This document shows, piece by piece, positions 31,578 to 42,203 of a stretch of 64,000 nt of DNA. Each line of letters opens with the position of its first letter. Position 1 is the stretch's first letter. The notes under the pieces are model-generated. The model did not search any database and was not told where the DNA came from. It saw only the letters and a program-made list of their open reading frames with translations. The position numbers and the translations under genes are program-made. The stretch is from Methanothermococcus sp. SCGC AD-155-E23 (lineage in GTDB: Archaea > AGJL01 > Methanococci > Methanococcales > Methanococcaceae), in contig JAHEQA010000004.1 of the NCBI GenBank assembly GCA_019561615.1, positions 5,231-69,230 of the forward strand. Reading direction: 5' to 3'.

Positions 31578-31994
31578 CTACTTGTTGTAGTTAAGTAACT
31601 CCTGGATCTTCTCCTCTGATAGATTCAGTATTCTTATACCTAACTCCTTGGCCCTCTTTACTATCTCGATCCTCTTCCTCTTACTTACTGTAGAGGCTAT
31701 CCTTGCCCCCTGGGTCTTAGGATCTAACTTCTCCAACTCCTTTACGTTGTGAACTAGGATGTCTTCAAGTCCTGAGGGGTGTAACCCCCTAACTGCTGCA
31801 GGAGATCTATAACCTATCTTAACTATGGCAGGTCTACCCTTCAACTGTTTTCTCATACTGCTGTGTAATCCCTTAGGTCTCCTCCAGGAGGTACCTAACC
31901 TCTTATGTCTATGCCACTCCTGCCTCCTGAACTCAGGTCTCCTCTGTTTCATCTTAAATCTCAACCTTAAAAGTCTCTTCTTGTCACTACTCAT
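31578..31994 (-). CDS. rpl32e: 50S ribosomal protein eL32
   Basis: PEFRRQE..SWRRPKG, RGLHPSG. Confidence 0.96.
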   Translation of the reverse strand: MSSDKKRLLRLRFKMKQRRPEFRRQEWHRHKRLGTSWRRPKGLHSSMRKQLKGRPAIVKIGYRSPAAVRGLHPSGLEDILVHNVKELEKLDPKTQGARIASTVSKRKRIEIVKRAKELGIRILNLSEEKIQELLNYNK

Positions 31995-32003
31995 AACATC
32001 ACC

Positions 32004-32552
32004 TTAGATGGTTTTTCCAGCCTTCTCTACGATGTAGATCCCATCTTGGAATACCCTGATATCCCTTCCCTTAACCCTTGTAGCCTGCTCAATGTTTGCC
32101 GCAGTTTGTCCAGTTTTCTCCTTGTCTATTCCCCTTACAATGATGTCCTCACCACTGACCTTAACTGTTACACCCTCTAGGATCTTTGCCCTCCTTGGAT
32201 ACTTCTCACCTAGGAAGTTGTCTATTATTACCTCGTTACCTTTAACTGTAACCTTCATGGGGAAGTGGGAGTACCTTATCTTCAACTTGTACTCAAACCC
32301 CTCTGTTACACCCTTTATCATGTTTTTAATATGGGCTACAAAGGTACCTACTATAGCTGCATGCCTCTTCCTTGGAAAGAGGCTCTCCACAACTACCTTG
32401 TTCCCCTCCTTCTTTATGGTAACGTTAGGGTAGGAGAGCACCCTTCTTAACTCCTTGTCTCCAGATCTCACTATAACCTCGTTACCCTTAATCTCCACAG
32501 ATACATTCTCTGGTATCTCGATCTCCTTCCTGATAACTGCAGCAACTGGCAT
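32004..32552 (-). CDS. rpl6: 50S ribosomal protein uL6
   Basis: [24 protein letters not shown]. Confidence 0.96.
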   Translation of the reverse strand: MPVAAVIRKEIEIPENVSVEIKGNEVIVRSGDKELRRVLSYPNVTIKKEGNKVVVESLFPRKRHAAIVGTFVAHIKNMIKGVTEGFEYKLKIRYSHFPMKVTVKGNEVIIDNFLGEKYPRRAKILEGVTVKVSGEDIIVRGIDKEKTGQTAANIEQATRVKGRDIRVFQDGIYIVEKAGKTI

Positions 32553-32595
32553 AGTATCCCCTTTTAAATTTTAATTATTGTGATAAGAAGAGATA

Positions 32596-32988
32596 TTAGT
32601 AGACGTAGGATATCAGTCTACCACCGATACCCTTGGCCTTAGCCTCCTCGTGGGTCATCAAACCCTGAGAGGTACTTACAATTAAGAAACCAAAGCCCTT
32701 TGCAGGGAGGTATCTCTTTTCAAACTTCTCATACTCGTCCTTTTTAACGGCGTATCTTGGCTTGATTGCACCACACTTGTTTATCTGACCTATCAACTCC
32801 ACCTTGTATATACCTCCCCTACCATCCTCTATGTACTCAAAGTTTCCAATGTACCCCTTGTCCTGCATAACCTTCAATACCCTACCTATTAACTTAGAGG
32901 CTGGTTTTATATAGGCTACCTTCTTCCCTACCCTCTCACAGTTGGTAAGGTGGTTTAAGGCATTTGCAAGGGGATCCATTAGACTCAT
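32596..32988 (-). CDS. rps8: 30S ribosomal protein uS8
   Basis: [23 protein letters not shown]. Confidence 0.96.
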   Translation of the reverse strand: MSLMDPLANALNHLTNCERVGKKVAYIKPASKLIGRVLKVMQDKGYIGNFEYIEDGRGGIYKVELIGQINKCGAIKPRYAVKKDEYEKFEKRYLPAKGFGFLIVSTSQGLMTHEEAKAKGIGGRLISYVY

Positions 32989-33009
32989 ACTCCCTCCCTC
33001 CATCTTTTT

Positions 33010-33153
33010 TTAATCTAACTTCTTAAATCCCAGTTGAGGTGCAACCTCTCTAAAACACTGTCTACACAGGTACAACCCGTACTTTCTAATTAACCCTCTT
33101 ACCTTCCTTCCACATCTCCTACATACCTTCTCAATTTTCTTCTTTTCTTCCAT
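33010..33153 (-). CDS. rps14: 30S ribosomal protein uS14 (Zn type, 47 aa; not in ORF track)
   Basis: [47 protein letters not shown]; GGAGG RBS; expected operon position. Confidence 0.95.
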   Translation of the reverse strand: MEEKKKIEKVCRRCGRKVRGLIRKYGLYLCRQCFREVAPQLGFKKLD

Positions 33154-33167
33154 GCCTTCCACCTCCT

Positions 33168-33716
33168 TTACTCTTCTTCAACGACGTCGATGTTGAAGGT
33201 TTTCTTTATATACTCGATGGCCTCCTCCTTTGTTACCTGATGTCTCTTTGGAATCTTACTTCTCCCTATCTTTCTCCTCTTAACCCTGTACCCAGGTTTT
33301 TCAAGGGTTACACAGACATCCATTCCAAAGATACCAATCTCAGGATCGTACTTCTGTCCAGGGAAGTCTATATGTTCTGGAATACCAAAGGAGAAGTTAC
33401 CCCTCTCATCAAAGGAGTAGGAGTACAGGGTTTTTCCAGCAGTTTTAAATGCAATAAATGCATTCTTTAAGAACTCCTCGGCCTTCTTACCCCTAAGTGT
33501 AACCTTTACACCTATTGGGAGTTTCTTCCTTATTCCAAAGGCAGGGTTTGTCTGCTTGGCACGGGTTCTAACAGGCTTCTGACCAGTGAGCTCCTCTAGG
33601 ACCTTCTCACCCTTTAACAACCTATCTCCACTTTCCCCTATACCCATATTTACAGTAACCTTCTCAATCCTTGGTTTACACATAGGCTGCTTTTCCCATA
33701 ACTCTGAGTAGGACAT
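33168..33716 (-). CDS. rpl5: 50S ribosomal protein uL5
   Basis: [27 protein letters not shown]. Confidence 0.96.
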   Translation of the reverse strand: MSYSELWEKQPMCKPRIEKVTVNMGIGESGDRLLKGEKVLEELTGQKPVRTRAKQTNPAFGIRKKLPIGVKVTLRGKKAEEFLKNAFIAFKTAGKTLYSYSFDERGNFSFGIPEHIDFPGQKYDPEIGIFGMDVCVTLEKPGYRVKRRKIGRSKIPKRHQVTKEEAIEYIKKTFNIDVVEEE

Positions 33717-33728
33717 AACTCTCACCTG

Positions 33729-34478
33729 TTACAGGTTTTTCAATGCAGAGAGGACAGGTTCCTCCTCACCCACTACAAATACGTAGTCTTTAATGGTTTT
33801 AAACTCCTCTCCATCCTTTGTCTCAAGAGTTATAACGTCAGGGTGAAGTTTCCTCTTCTCTATACTTACTATCCTTGCAACATCACCGATGTGCATTCCC
33901 CCTGTAATATAGGCCAACTTACCCTCCTCCAGGGGTATATGGTCCAATAACTTCTGCTCTGGGATGGAGATTATTACTGTATCTCCAGTTTTATAGACGT
34001 CCTCCTCAGCCTTTGTTGGGTCGGAGACCTTTATAATCTGGTTCCTACCGTCGTGGAGGTTTAATTGAATATGACCACCCTTTATCACAGTCTTGTTTTT
34101 AATCTTACACAACTTTATGTCTCTCCTGTCAGTTTCCTTCAAGGTAAGTCTTCCCCTCTTATCAAAGAGTACCAGGAAATCCTCTCCAGTGTCTGGGATG
34201 GAGAGTACATCCATTAATCCAACTGGGAATTTTGGATCCTTCCTAACTACCCCGTCCACAAGTATCTTACCCATCTTGATAATCTTCTTGGCCTCTCTAC
34301 CATTATCTGCATAGCCTAGGAGATCCCTTACTACCAGGAGAAGGGGTAGAGAGTTCTCTATGGAGTGAGGTCCTGGAGAGGGCTTGGTAACGAACTTCTT
34401 AACCTTCCTTGGAAGTTTCCACTGTGCAGGAGCAGCATATCTCTTTAGATGTCTCTTAGGCCCCTTTTTTGATACCAT
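33729..34478 (-). CDS. rps4e: 30S ribosomal protein eS4
   Basis: HLKRYAAP..W, GPH, QLNLHDGRN. Confidence 0.96.
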   Translation of the reverse strand: MVSKKGPKRHLKRYAAPAQWKLPRKVKKFVTKPSPGPHSIENSLPLLLVVRDLLGYADNGREAKKIIKMGKILVDGVVRKDPKFPVGLMDVLSIPDTGEDFLVLFDKRGRLTLKETDRRDIKLCKIKNKTVIKGGHIQLNLHDGRNQIIKVSDPTKAEEDVYKTGDTVIISIPEQKLLDHIPLEEGKLAYITGGMHIGDVARIVSIEKRKLHPDVITLETKDGEEFKTIKDYVFVVGEEEPVLSALKNL

Positions 34479-34481
34479 CCT

Positions 34482-34859
34482 TTACACCTCATCCTTCTTT
34501 TTCTCTAGGAATTTGAACCTTCTCTCATCAGACTCATCTAACTTTACAATCATTACGTTGGAGGGGTGTATTGGATAGGGCACCTCCTTACCGTCCTGTC
34601 TCTTGATGAAGGCCCCCTCTACATGTATCCTGTAGGACTTGTAGTCCACCTTTAAGACCTTCCCCTCCATGTTTTTAAAATCCCCTCTCATTATCCTAAC
34701 AACGTCCCCCTTTCTTACAGGTAGGGCATTCCTCTTGTACTTCTCCTTCAACTCCTTGGAGAGCATTGCAGACATTATCTGGCGTCTTCTATGGAGGGGT
34801 GCATTGAATAGTGCCTTCCTCTGTTTCCTGGGTTGTTTAGATTTTGTAAGGGCTACCAT
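34482..34859 (-). CDS. rpl24: 50S ribosomal protein uL24
   Basis: [21 protein letters not shown]. Confidence 0.96.
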   Translation of the reverse strand: MVALTKSKQPRKQRKALFNAPLHRRRQIMSAMLSKELKEKYKRNALPVRKGDVVRIMRGDFKNMEGKVLKVDYKSYRIHVEGAFIKRQDGKEVPYPIHPSNVMIVKLDESDERRFKFLEKKKDEV

Positions 34860-34870
34860 TTCCCTTCACC

Positions 34871-35269
34871 TTATACAATTATTCTAGCCAGTCTTGCTAT
34901 ACCTGGCCACCTCTCGGCAGCCTCCTTTGCAACAGGTCCCTTTATCTCTGAACCCTTTGGGTTACCATCTGGGGTAACTATTACTGCAGCGTTATCTTCA
35001 AATTTAACCCTAGTACCATCTGGCCTTCTGTACTCCTTCCTCTGTCTAATGATTATGGCAGGTAGTACCTGCTTCCTCATCTCGGGGGTTCCCTTTTTAA
35101 CTGAGACAACAACCATACTACCTACTCCTGCAGCAGGTAGTCTCCTTGCAACCCCCTTGTAGTTCTTAACTGCAATAATCTCCAACTCCTTTGCTCCAGT
35201 GTTATCAGCACATATAACTCTAGCTCCAGTTGGTAGAGCCCTAGTTATCTTTGAACCAACACCTCTCAT
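34871..35269 (-). CDS. rpl14: 50S ribosomal protein uL14
   Basis: [26 protein letters not shown]. Confidence 0.96.
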   Translation of the reverse strand: MRGVGSKITRALPTGARVICADNTGAKELEIIAVKNYKGVARRLPAAGVGSMVVVSVKKGTPEMRKQVLPAIIIRQRKEYRRPDGTRVKFEDNAAVIVTPDGNPKGSEIKGPVAKEAAERWPGIARLARIIV

Positions 35270-35278
35270 ACTATCACC

Positions 35279-35608
35279 TTACTTTTCCTCCTCTATTTTT
35301 TCAATAACTACAAAGGACTTGGTTTTACTGATAGGTCTACACTCTGCAATTCTAACCTTATCTCCAACTTTTGCATTGATACATGGAGGGTTGTGGGCAA
35401 TTATCTTCCTCCTCCTCTTTTCATACCTCTCATACTTTGGAATGTACTTAATTATCTCCCTCTCAACTATGACAGTTCTATGTGCCCTGTCACTTACCAC
35501 TACACCTTCAAATATCTGCCCCCTTACAGATATCTTACCGTGGAATGGGCAGTGGGGATCGTCACAGGTCTCCTCTGGATACTTGACATCTATACCTATA
35601 TTTTTCAT
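35279..35608 (-). CDS. rps17: 30S ribosomal protein uS17
   Basis: [27 protein letters not shown]. Confidence 0.96.
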   Translation of the reverse strand: MKNIGIDVKYPEETCDDPHCPFHGKISVRGQIFEGVVVSDRAHRTVIVEREIIKYIPKYERYEKRRRKIIAHNPPCINAKVGDKVRIAECRPISKTKSFVVIEKIEEEK

Positions 35609-35745
35609 AGTACTACCTCCACCTCTATGGTTTTAGATCTGAATAAGATAATAGATGGAGAAAAAAAGATGAAAAAGCTTTAAAAAAATAACCTTTGGGA
35701 GAATAATACTAAAAAGTATTTAAAAGTTTCGTCAATAAAACAGTA

Positions 35746-36033
35746 TCAGTAGGGATAGATATTTTTGATCTTCCTCTTTAATCTATCCTCAGGCCTCCCT
35801 ATAAGGAGGCTACCTATAACCTTTACGTACTTGTCCCCTAACCTGAATTTAAATACTGCAACATCTTTAGGTATAACTACTTCCTTGCCGTCACATCTCT
35901 CTATAACCAGGGTGTTCCTAGTCTCATCAACAACTCTACCCTTTATACCTACAAGTGAGGGGTTGGATGCCTCTACAATCTCCACATCCAACCCTATCAA
36001 CTCATGTCTCAGTATATTTTGAGGGGTTATCAT
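35746..36033 (-). CDS. rnp1: Ribonuclease P protein component 1 (Rpp29)
   Basis: HELIGL, GRVVDETRN, RPEDRL. Confidence 0.93.
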   Translation of the reverse strand: MITPQNILRHELIGLDVEIVEASNPSLVGIKGRVVDETRNTLVIERCDGKEVVIPKDVAVFKFRLGDKYVKVIGSLLIGRPEDRLKRKIKNIYPY

Positions 36034-36040
36034 AGAGACA

Positions 36041-36349
36041 TCATCTGATCTCAATTGTATCCCTGGAGAAGCCCATCTTCACAAGTGCCTCCTCTACCCT
36101 CTTTCTCTGATCTCCCTGGAGCTCTATGGAGTCCCTCTTTACAGTCCCTCCACATGCACAGAAGTCCTTTAACTTCTTTGCAAGATCCTTTATATCTATG
36201 AGGTCTGTATCTATACCCTCTATAATAGTCATCAACTTTCCAAATCTTCTCTTTGTAACGTAGATCTTTATCTTTTGTTCCTCCTTGGCAATTTCCTCAC
36301 ATACACAGAGTTCCTTAGGTAGCCCACACCTTGGACAGATCTCGGGCAT
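36041..36349 (-). CDS. Translation initiation factor aIF-1 (SUI1)
   Basis: [26 protein letters not shown]. Confidence 0.94.
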   Translation of the reverse strand: MPEICPRCGLPKELCVCEEIAKEEQKIKIYVTKRRFGKLMTIIEGIDTDLIDIKDLAKKLKDFCACGGTVKRDSIELQGDQRKRVEEALVKMGFSRDTIEIR

Positions 36350-36410
36350 CACTGCACCTCTAATCTCTTAGTGTTTTTTACTCTTATAACTTACATGTGG
36401 TATATAACTT

Positions 36411-36623
36411 TTATTGTTGCTGCTCCCTTCTCTTCTCCCTCATGATGGTGTATATCCTTGCTATGGCCCTTCTTATCTCCCTCATCCTCCCTGGATTTGA
36501 GGGAGCACCACTAATTGCCTTCTGGGTGTACTCCTTAAGAAGTTCCCTCTTCAACTCTGCCAACTTCTCCTTCATCTCAGAGATGCTCATCTCCCTAATC
36601 TCCTGGGGTCTAAGTATTGCCAT
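36411..36623 (-). CDS. rpl29: 50S ribosomal protein uL29
   Basis: [24 protein letters not shown]. Confidence 0.95.
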   Translation of the reverse strand: MAILRPQEIREMSISEMKEKLAELKRELLKEYTQKAISGAPSNPGRMREIRRAIARIYTIMREKRREQQQ

Positions 36624-36635
36624 AGACTCACCTCT

Positions 36636-37268
36636 TTACTGTTCTTCAACCTCACCTGTCTCCTCTCTCTTTTCCCCTTCCTCCTTCACAACAACCTCAT
36701 CGGGCAGAATTACATCTGGAGGTACAAGTTTTACAGTTACTCCAATTACCCCTAACTTTAACTTTGCTATCCTATGGGCCTTTCTAACAAGCTCCTCAGA
36801 GGGCTCTCCACAGTGTTTCATGTAACCCTCCATGAACTTCTCAGTTCTAGCCCTCTCCCCAGTTAACTTACCTGATATAATTACTACAACCCCTTTAGCC
36901 CCTGCTCCCATTACCCTCCTAACTGCCGCATGGGCAACCCTCCTAAAGTGCATACCTCTTTCAAGGGCAGAGGCTATCTTCTGGGCGACAATGGCAGGGT
37001 CTAAGTCAGGGTTCTCCACCTGTTTTACCTCTATCTGTGGATTCTCTACACCGAACTCCTTTGCAATTGTTTCTGTCAACTCCTTTACAAGTCTACCCTT
37101 TCTACCGATAACTAGACCAGGTTTTTCGGCGTATACGATAATCCTTGTTCCAATAGGTGTTTTCTTCATCTCCATATGGCTGTATCCTGCCCTAGTTAAC
37201 CTGTTCTTCAGGTATTCGTCTATAAGTGCCTCGTTAACATGCTCCTTAATAAATACCCTCTCTATCAT
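36636..37268 (-). CDS. rps3: 30S ribosomal protein uS3
   Basis: KH motif [20 protein letters not shown]. Confidence 0.96.
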   Translation of the reverse strand: MIERVFIKEHVNEALIDEYLKNRLTRAGYSHMEMKKTPIGTRIIVYAEKPGLVIGRKGRLVKELTETIAKEFGVENPQIEVKQVENPDLDPAIVAQKIASALERGMHFRRVAHAAVRRVMGAGAKGVVVIISGKLTGERARTEKFMEGYMKHCGEPSEELVRKAHRIAKLKLGVIGVTVKLVPPDVILPDEVVVKEEGEKREETGEVEEQ

Positions 37269-37286
37269 ACCCTTTCACCTTTTAAA

Positions 37287-37748
37287 TTATTGATACTCCT
37301 CCAGTATCACCTGGATATGGACAGTCTCCTGGAACTTAGGAGTAGCCCTACCAAAGGCCCTTGGCATATACCTCTTTATGGTAAAACCCTTATTTGCAGA
37401 GATATGTTTTATCCTAAGCTTATTTACATTCAACCCCTTGTACTCTGCGTTATTCCTTGCATTCTCTAGAACCTTCAATATCTCCCTTGCAGCCTTCTGT
37501 GGATATCTTGCTGCAGTCCAGCCGTACTTACCCTTCTTATGAGGTACATCCTTTCCATGTCTCTTAAAGGGTACAGGCTGTTTCAACTGGATTACCCTCC
37601 TTAGATATCTCATGGCATCATCAAGTTTCATGCCCCTTATCTCCCTACATACCTCTACGGCATGTTTTCTAGATATTCTAAGAGCTCTACCCATGGCCCT
37701 TGCAGTTTTCTCAGGATCTGTCTCAATTTTATACTTCAACTTCCCCAT
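37287..37748 (-). CDS. rpl22: 50S ribosomal protein uL22
   Basis: ISRKHAVE, RYPQKAA, PRAFGRATP. Confidence 0.96.
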   Translation of the reverse strand: MGKLKYKIETDPEKTARAMGRALRISRKHAVEVCREIRGMKLDDAMRYLRRVIQLKQPVPFKRHGKDVPHKKGKYGWTAARYPQKAAREILKVLENARNNAEYKGLNVNKLRIKHISANKGFTIKRYMPRAFGRATPKFQETVHIQVILEEYQ

Positions 37749-37758
37749 ACCCTTCACC

Positions 37759-37983
37759 TTAACCCTTTATAATAGAGATACCTAGCTTTAACATTAACTT
37801 TAAAGCGTTGAGATAAGAGACCCTAACATTACCTATTAGTTTTTTCAAAAGGGGATCAGGTTTCTTACTGCCTATCTCTAAAATAAGACTGTCTTTATGA
37901 CGTACCCTTAGGGTGTATCCCTTTTTCTCGATAAAATCTACGAACTCCCTAATTTCCTTAAACTTCTTTATATATTTTACCAT
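37759..37983 (-). CDS. Small basic protein, weakly HicA-like
   Basis: 74-aa ATG ORF with AGGT RBS filling the gap between EF-1beta and rpl22. Confidence 0.6.
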   Translation of the reverse strand: MVKYIKKFKEIREFVDFIEKKGYTLRVRHKDSLILEIGSKKPDPLLKKLIGNVRVSYLNALKLMLKLGISIIKG

Positions 37984-38014
37984 GGATATAACCTGAGAAG
38001 TTTATTAAAAATAG

Positions 38015-38284
38015 TCAGGCCAGGGATACCTCTACAACCTCTACACTTTCCACATCCTCTAAACCACTTAATTCCTTCTCAAGAGGTTCAGTTCCCCCCT
38101 CCTTCTCCTCCATCTCCACCAGGACGTAAATGGCATAGAGTCCAAAGGCCAGGGGCTCCTCTAAGATATTGAGACATCTTACTCCCATATTTTCTACAGC
38201 TTCTTTAATCCTCTCCTTTAAACGCTCCCTATCTACCTGAGGGCTTACAGGCATAACCTTTATCTTGGCAATAACCTTAGCCAT
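38015..38284 (-). CDS. ef1b: Elongation factor 1-beta
   Basis: KVMPVSP, EPLAFGL. Confidence 0.93.
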   Translation of the reverse strand: MAKVIAKIKVMPVSPQVDRERLKERIKEAVENMGVRCLNILEEPLAFGLYAIYVLVEMEEKEGGTEPLEKELSGLEDVESVEVVEVSLA

Positions 38285-38304
38285 ATCTTACACCTTACTA
38301 ATTT

Positions 38305-38469
38305 TTATGGACCTTCAAATCCACAGGCTGGGCACTTGTAGGGGTTGCTTAACTTCCTACACCTTTCACATCTTACTATCTCCACCTTCCCACAGTTTGG
38401 ACATAGGAACCTTGTAGCATGTTCCCTAGGTGCTATCTCTGCATTACAGGAGGTACATACATACTTCAT
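38305..38469 (-). CDS. Small Zn-ribbon protein (DUF1610 type, 54 aa; not in ORF track)
   Basis: [32 protein letters not shown]; usual neighbour of EF-1beta. Confidence 0.92.
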   Translation of the reverse strand: MKYVCTSCNAEIAPREHATRFLCPNCGKVEIVRCERCRKLSNPYKCPACGFEGP

Positions 38470-38504
38470 TCTATCACCATAATCTATTTAAATTTTTAAT
38501 TTTA

Positions 38505-39158
38505 TCAATCTACTCTAATTTTAGTATATATATCTTCCCTTCCCCTGAGGGCATTTACAACTCTCTCTGGGTACCTCCCGTTGACCACTATACACTCTAT
38601 TCCATATCTCATTGAAAGTTTTGGTAGATAGCTATCTACCGAGGTAAAGCCTCTAAGGGATTTTGCACTTATAGTATTTAACAGTTTTCCCCCAGGATAT
38701 CTGTCGTATATACCATCCACATCTGTGGCTATTATCACCCTCTTCAACTTTAGAAGTTTAGCTATATAGAGGGCTATGGAGTCTGAGGTGACCTCCCAGG
38801 AGTGTGGAAGTTCATCTGTGGAGAGTATAACGTTAGATGGTAGCAGTACCACTATGCCACCCTGGAGAAGTGCAGCCTTGGCATCGTAGAGGGTGTCTAC
38901 AGTTCTAATATGGGATACATCGGAGAGGTAAACACCCATCATATCCATGGCCATGAGGGCCATCCTGTGGGATGCCCTGTTACTTAACCTTGCCTCCCTG
39001 TCCAAATCCCTTACAGCCTCTGCAAACATCCCCCCTCCAGGTACAACAACTATCCTGTTATCCTTACCGCTGATAGATTTCAAGGTATTCAATAGAGGTT
39101 TTACATCCTGGGCTAAACTTCCTCCTATCTTTATCAGGTGAAGGTTATCTACCTTCAT
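38505..39158 (-). CDS. mfnE: Amino-acid-kinase family protein, likely methanofuran kinase MfnE
   Basis: KIGGSL, PGGG.FA, HSWEVTSDSI, TDVDGI. Confidence 0.75.
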   Translation of the reverse strand: MKVDNLHLIKIGGSLAQDVKPLLNTLKSISGKDNRIVVVPGGGMFAEAVRDLDREARLSNRASHRMALMAMDMMGVYLSDVSHIRTVDTLYDAKAALLQGGIVVLLPSNVILSTDELPHSWEVTSDSIALYIAKLLKLKRVIIATDVDGIYDRYPGGKLLNTISAKSLRGFTSVDSYLPKLSMRYGIECIVVNGRYPERVVNALRGREDIYTKIRVD

Positions 39159-39211
39159 CCTCTCCCCCGAAAAATATATATATCACTTAGTACTCTTTTA
39201 GGGATGCCAGT

Positions 39212-39327
39212 GGGGATATGGTGTAGTCTGGTCTATCATCGGGGACTCCAAGTGCCTATATGGGCTTGGACCAACCCCGTGCAGGAGAAATCCCCGGACC
39301 TGGGTTCAAATCCCAGTATCCCCACCA
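39212..39327 (+). tRNA. tRNA-Trp(CCA) with 38-nt intron (39252-39289)
   Basis: GGGGATA/TATCCCC acceptor, CT-CCA-A anticodon loop, BHB (CTCC/GGAG helix, AAG and AAA bulges), GTTCAAATC, encoded CCA. Confidence 0.95.
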
Positions 39328-39357
39328 TTTTTTTAATATGAGGATATATCCATGCAT

Positions 39358-40251
39358 CTAAATACATGGAATGAAACATTCACGATCTAACTGGTTGGGG
39401 TCTATCTCCACAACCATCTCCCCATTCTTGAATATCCTAACCACCCCACTTTCAGAGACTGTAATAGCCACGGCACCTGTATGCTTTGAAATAGCTGCGG
39501 CAGCGTAGTGTCTAGCCCCTAGACCTAGAGGTAGATTTAAGGTACAGTGTAGGGGTTCCAGATATCTACCTGCAGATATAACCTCCCCTTTATCACCGAT
39601 TATAAAGGCACCGTCTATACCTGCAAGTTCCTTTATGGTCCCCCTCACCTTTTTATCGAATATTACAGCCTGGTGCCCCTTAAAGGGATTGAGTATAAGT
39701 TGACTGGACATTTTAAGAACCTTTTCACTGTTACCTACCACAAATATGGCTCCCACAGGCTTCCCCTCCTTTCCCTCAAGGGATAACTCCATAGCTATAT
39801 CTAACACCTGATTAACCACCAGTCTCTTAACACCCTCCAGGGAGTTGATAAACCTGTAGAACCTCATGAGGAAATCACTGGAGGCTACATCTATCAGGGA
39901 TATAGTATCTATACTGCCAGGTACCCTGGGGGTTCCCAGTATAGCTACTACAGTATCTCCTTCCTTAACTAGATCCTTCTGAATAAGTTTTATCATAGCC
40001 TGTTTTACCATGGCAGATTTATACCTGTTTCTATACTTGAGAAGTAGGGGTACAATCCCCTTTTCATTTTTTAAGGAGGAGTAGGTGCTCTCATTAGGTG
40101 TAGCTACAACTATCTTTAAATCTCCCTCATTTTTCAGGTACTTTTTAAGTATCCTGTAAGTTCTACCTGTCTCTGTAAATATCAGAAGGACATCCCCCAC
40201 CTCCTGGGCTAGGGAGTAACCATGTTTTACAATAGATTCTGTTTTATCCAT
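39358..40251 (-). CDS. dacZ: Diadenylate cyclase (DacZ type)
   Basis: EGKEGKPVGAIF, IDGAFI, GLGARH, VSESG; pyruvate-kinase C-like N-terminus. Confidence 0.88.
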   Translation of the reverse strand: MDKTESIVKHGYSLAQEVGDVLLIFTETGRTYRILKKYLKNEGDLKIVVATPNESTYSSLKNEKGIVPLLLKYRNRYKSAMVKQAMIKLIQKDLVKEGDTVVAILGTPRVPGSIDTISLIDVASSDFLMRFYRFINSLEGVKRLVVNQVLDIAMELSLEGKEGKPVGAIFVVGNSEKVLKMSSQLILNPFKGHQAVIFDKKVRGTIKELAGIDGAFIIGDKGEVISAGRYLEPLHCTLNLPLGLGARHYAAAAISKHTGAVAITVSESGVVRIFKNGEMVVEIDPNQLDRECFIPCI

Positions 40252-40334
40252 AGGATCACCAACCTTTATAGAGGGAAAGAAAGAATGATTATAATTACTT
40301 CTCTAATTATTGATAACCTTTTAGGAGGGAAAAA

Positions 40335-42203
40335 ATGAAAAAACTACCTCTCATAGTTGTATTTCTTCTCTTCCTCAGTGGTTGTCTTCAAAAGTCAGAG
40401 ATGGATAAGCTAGAGGATTTTAAAGTGGTAATAGCAGATGAGAAAAACTTTAAGGATTTTTTAAATAGGTTGGAAAGTGGAGGTTACACCCCTCTAGATG
40501 TTAAAAAATCCTATACTCCAACTCTGGAGAGTTCCCTCTCCAAGGAGGAGGCTCCCATAGCTATAGAGAGATACTCCAGAACTAACGTCCAGGTTGAGGG
40601 GATAGATGAAGGGGATATTGTAAAAAGTGACGGTAGGTATATCTACTTCTCCCCAGAGGCCGATGTAAAGATAATGTACCATATATATCCACCTCCATGG
40701 AGGAGAAAAACCTATATTGTAGAGGCCTTTCCCCCAGCATCTGCAGGGGTAGTTGGTAACATATCCCATGGAGGTATCCTCTACCTCTCCAATCACACCT
40801 TGGTAGTGATAGAGAGGGATAAAATACTAGGTTATGATGTAAGCTCTCCTAGAGATCCAAGGTTGAAGTGGAAGATAGATATAGATGGTACCTATGTGGA
40901 TTCCAGGTTGTACAGTGGAAAACTCTACCTGGTAGTTAGGAAGAGGGAGATAAAATACCCCCTTCCCTGGATGGATACAGAGATTAAGAATTACTACATC
41001 CCTATCCTACCTTCCACAGTATCCTACAACTTCCAGGACTCCTACATAGTGTCAGCAATAGATCTAGACAGTGGGAATATCTCCAAGGTTGTAGCCCTAC
41101 CAGGTTCCAGGAGTACAGTTGTCTACATGTCAAAGAACAGGATATACCTTGCCTATTATTTAGGCCCAAATATCAAGAGGTTGTACCTTCAATTCCTAGA
41201 GGAGAACCTGGATAAGTACTTCCCAGAGGATGTGAGGGATATACTTAGACATATAATAGACTCGAAGTACTTCAGTGACGATGCAAAGTTCCTGGAGGTA
41301 AAGAGGGTAATAAACAATTACTTAAGAACCTTGGAGGGGGAGGAGGCCCTAAACTTGAGAAATACCTTGGAGAAAGACTTCGAGAAGTACTTAGAGGAGC
41401 ACTGGGAGGAACTTGAAAAAACAGGAATAGTAGGTATAGACATAGACACCTTCCAGGTTAAAAGTGGCAGTGTTCCAGGGAGGCTTGTAAACTCCTACGC
41501 CATGGATGAGTACAGAGGATATCTAAGGGTTGCCACTACAGTAGGAGATTACTGGAGGTACAGGGATAGAAGTACCAACAATATCTACGTCCTTAAAGAC
41601 CTGGAGGTATATGGGAAACTTACAGGGCTTGCCAGGGGGGAGAGGATCTACGGGGTAAGGTTTATGGGGGATGTTGCCTACCTTGTCACCTACAGGGAGA
41701 AGGACCCCCTCTTTGTAATAGATCTAAGTGACCCTAGGAATCCCAAACTCCTTGGAAAGTTGAAGATACCTGGTTACTCCACCTACCTCCATCCCATAGA
41801 TGACAGTAGATTAATTGGGGTAGGTAGGGATGAGAGAGGTAATTTGAAGGTATCCCTCTTCAACGTAGAGAATAAAACTAATCCTATAGAGGTGGATCGA
41901 TTTATACTTCCCAAGTACTGGTCTCCTGTACTTTACAACCCTCACGCCTTTCTATGGGATGAGGAGAACAGGATATTTGTAATTCCAACGGGAGACAGTT
42001 GTTATATATTCAGGATAAAGGGGGATAGGATATCCCTGGAGATGGAAGATGTCCACAGGGGAAATGTTTTAAGATCCCTCTATATTAACCATTACCTCTA
42101 CACCCTCTCAAACAAGGAGATCCATGTAATAGATATGGGGGATTGGAAGGTTGTTAAAAAGGTGATAATACAGGAACCCAGAACGGTTTGGATAAACAAC
42201 TAA
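40335..42203 (+). CDS. Beta-propeller domain lipoprotein
   Basis: Lipobox LSGC, YSRTNVQVEGIDEGDIVKSDG, GERIYGVRF, DPLFVIDL, GYSTYLHP. Confidence 0.85.
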   Translation: MKKLPLIVVFLLFLSGCLQKSEMDKLEDFKVVIADEKNFKDFLNRLESGGYTPLDVKKSYTPTLESSLSKEEAPIAIERYSRTNVQVEGIDEGDIVKSDGRYIYFSPEADVKIMYHIYPPPWRRKTYIVEAFPPASAGVVGNISHGGILYLSNHTLVVIERDKILGYDVSSPRDPRLKWKIDIDGTYVDSRLYSGKLYLVVRKREIKYPLPWMDTEIKNYYIPILPSTVSYNFQDSYIVSAIDLDSGNISKVVALPGSRSTVVYMSKNRIYLAYYLGPNIKRLYLQFLEENLDKYFPEDVRDILRHIIDSKYFSDDAKFLEVKRVINNYLRTLEGEEALNLRNTLEKDFEKYLEEHWEELEKTGIVGIDIDTFQVKSGSVPGRLVNSYAMDEYRGYLRVATTVGDYWRYRDRSTNNIYVLKDLEVYGKLTGLARGERIYGVRFMGDVAYLVTYREKDPLFVIDLSDPRNPKLLGKLKIPGYSTYLHPIDDSRLIGVGRDERGNLKVSLFNVENKTNPIEVDRFILPKYWSPVLYNPHAFLWDEENRIFVIPTGDSCYIFRIKGDRISLEMEDVHRGNVLRSLYINHYLYTLSNKEIHVIDMGDWKVVKKVIIQEPRTVWINN

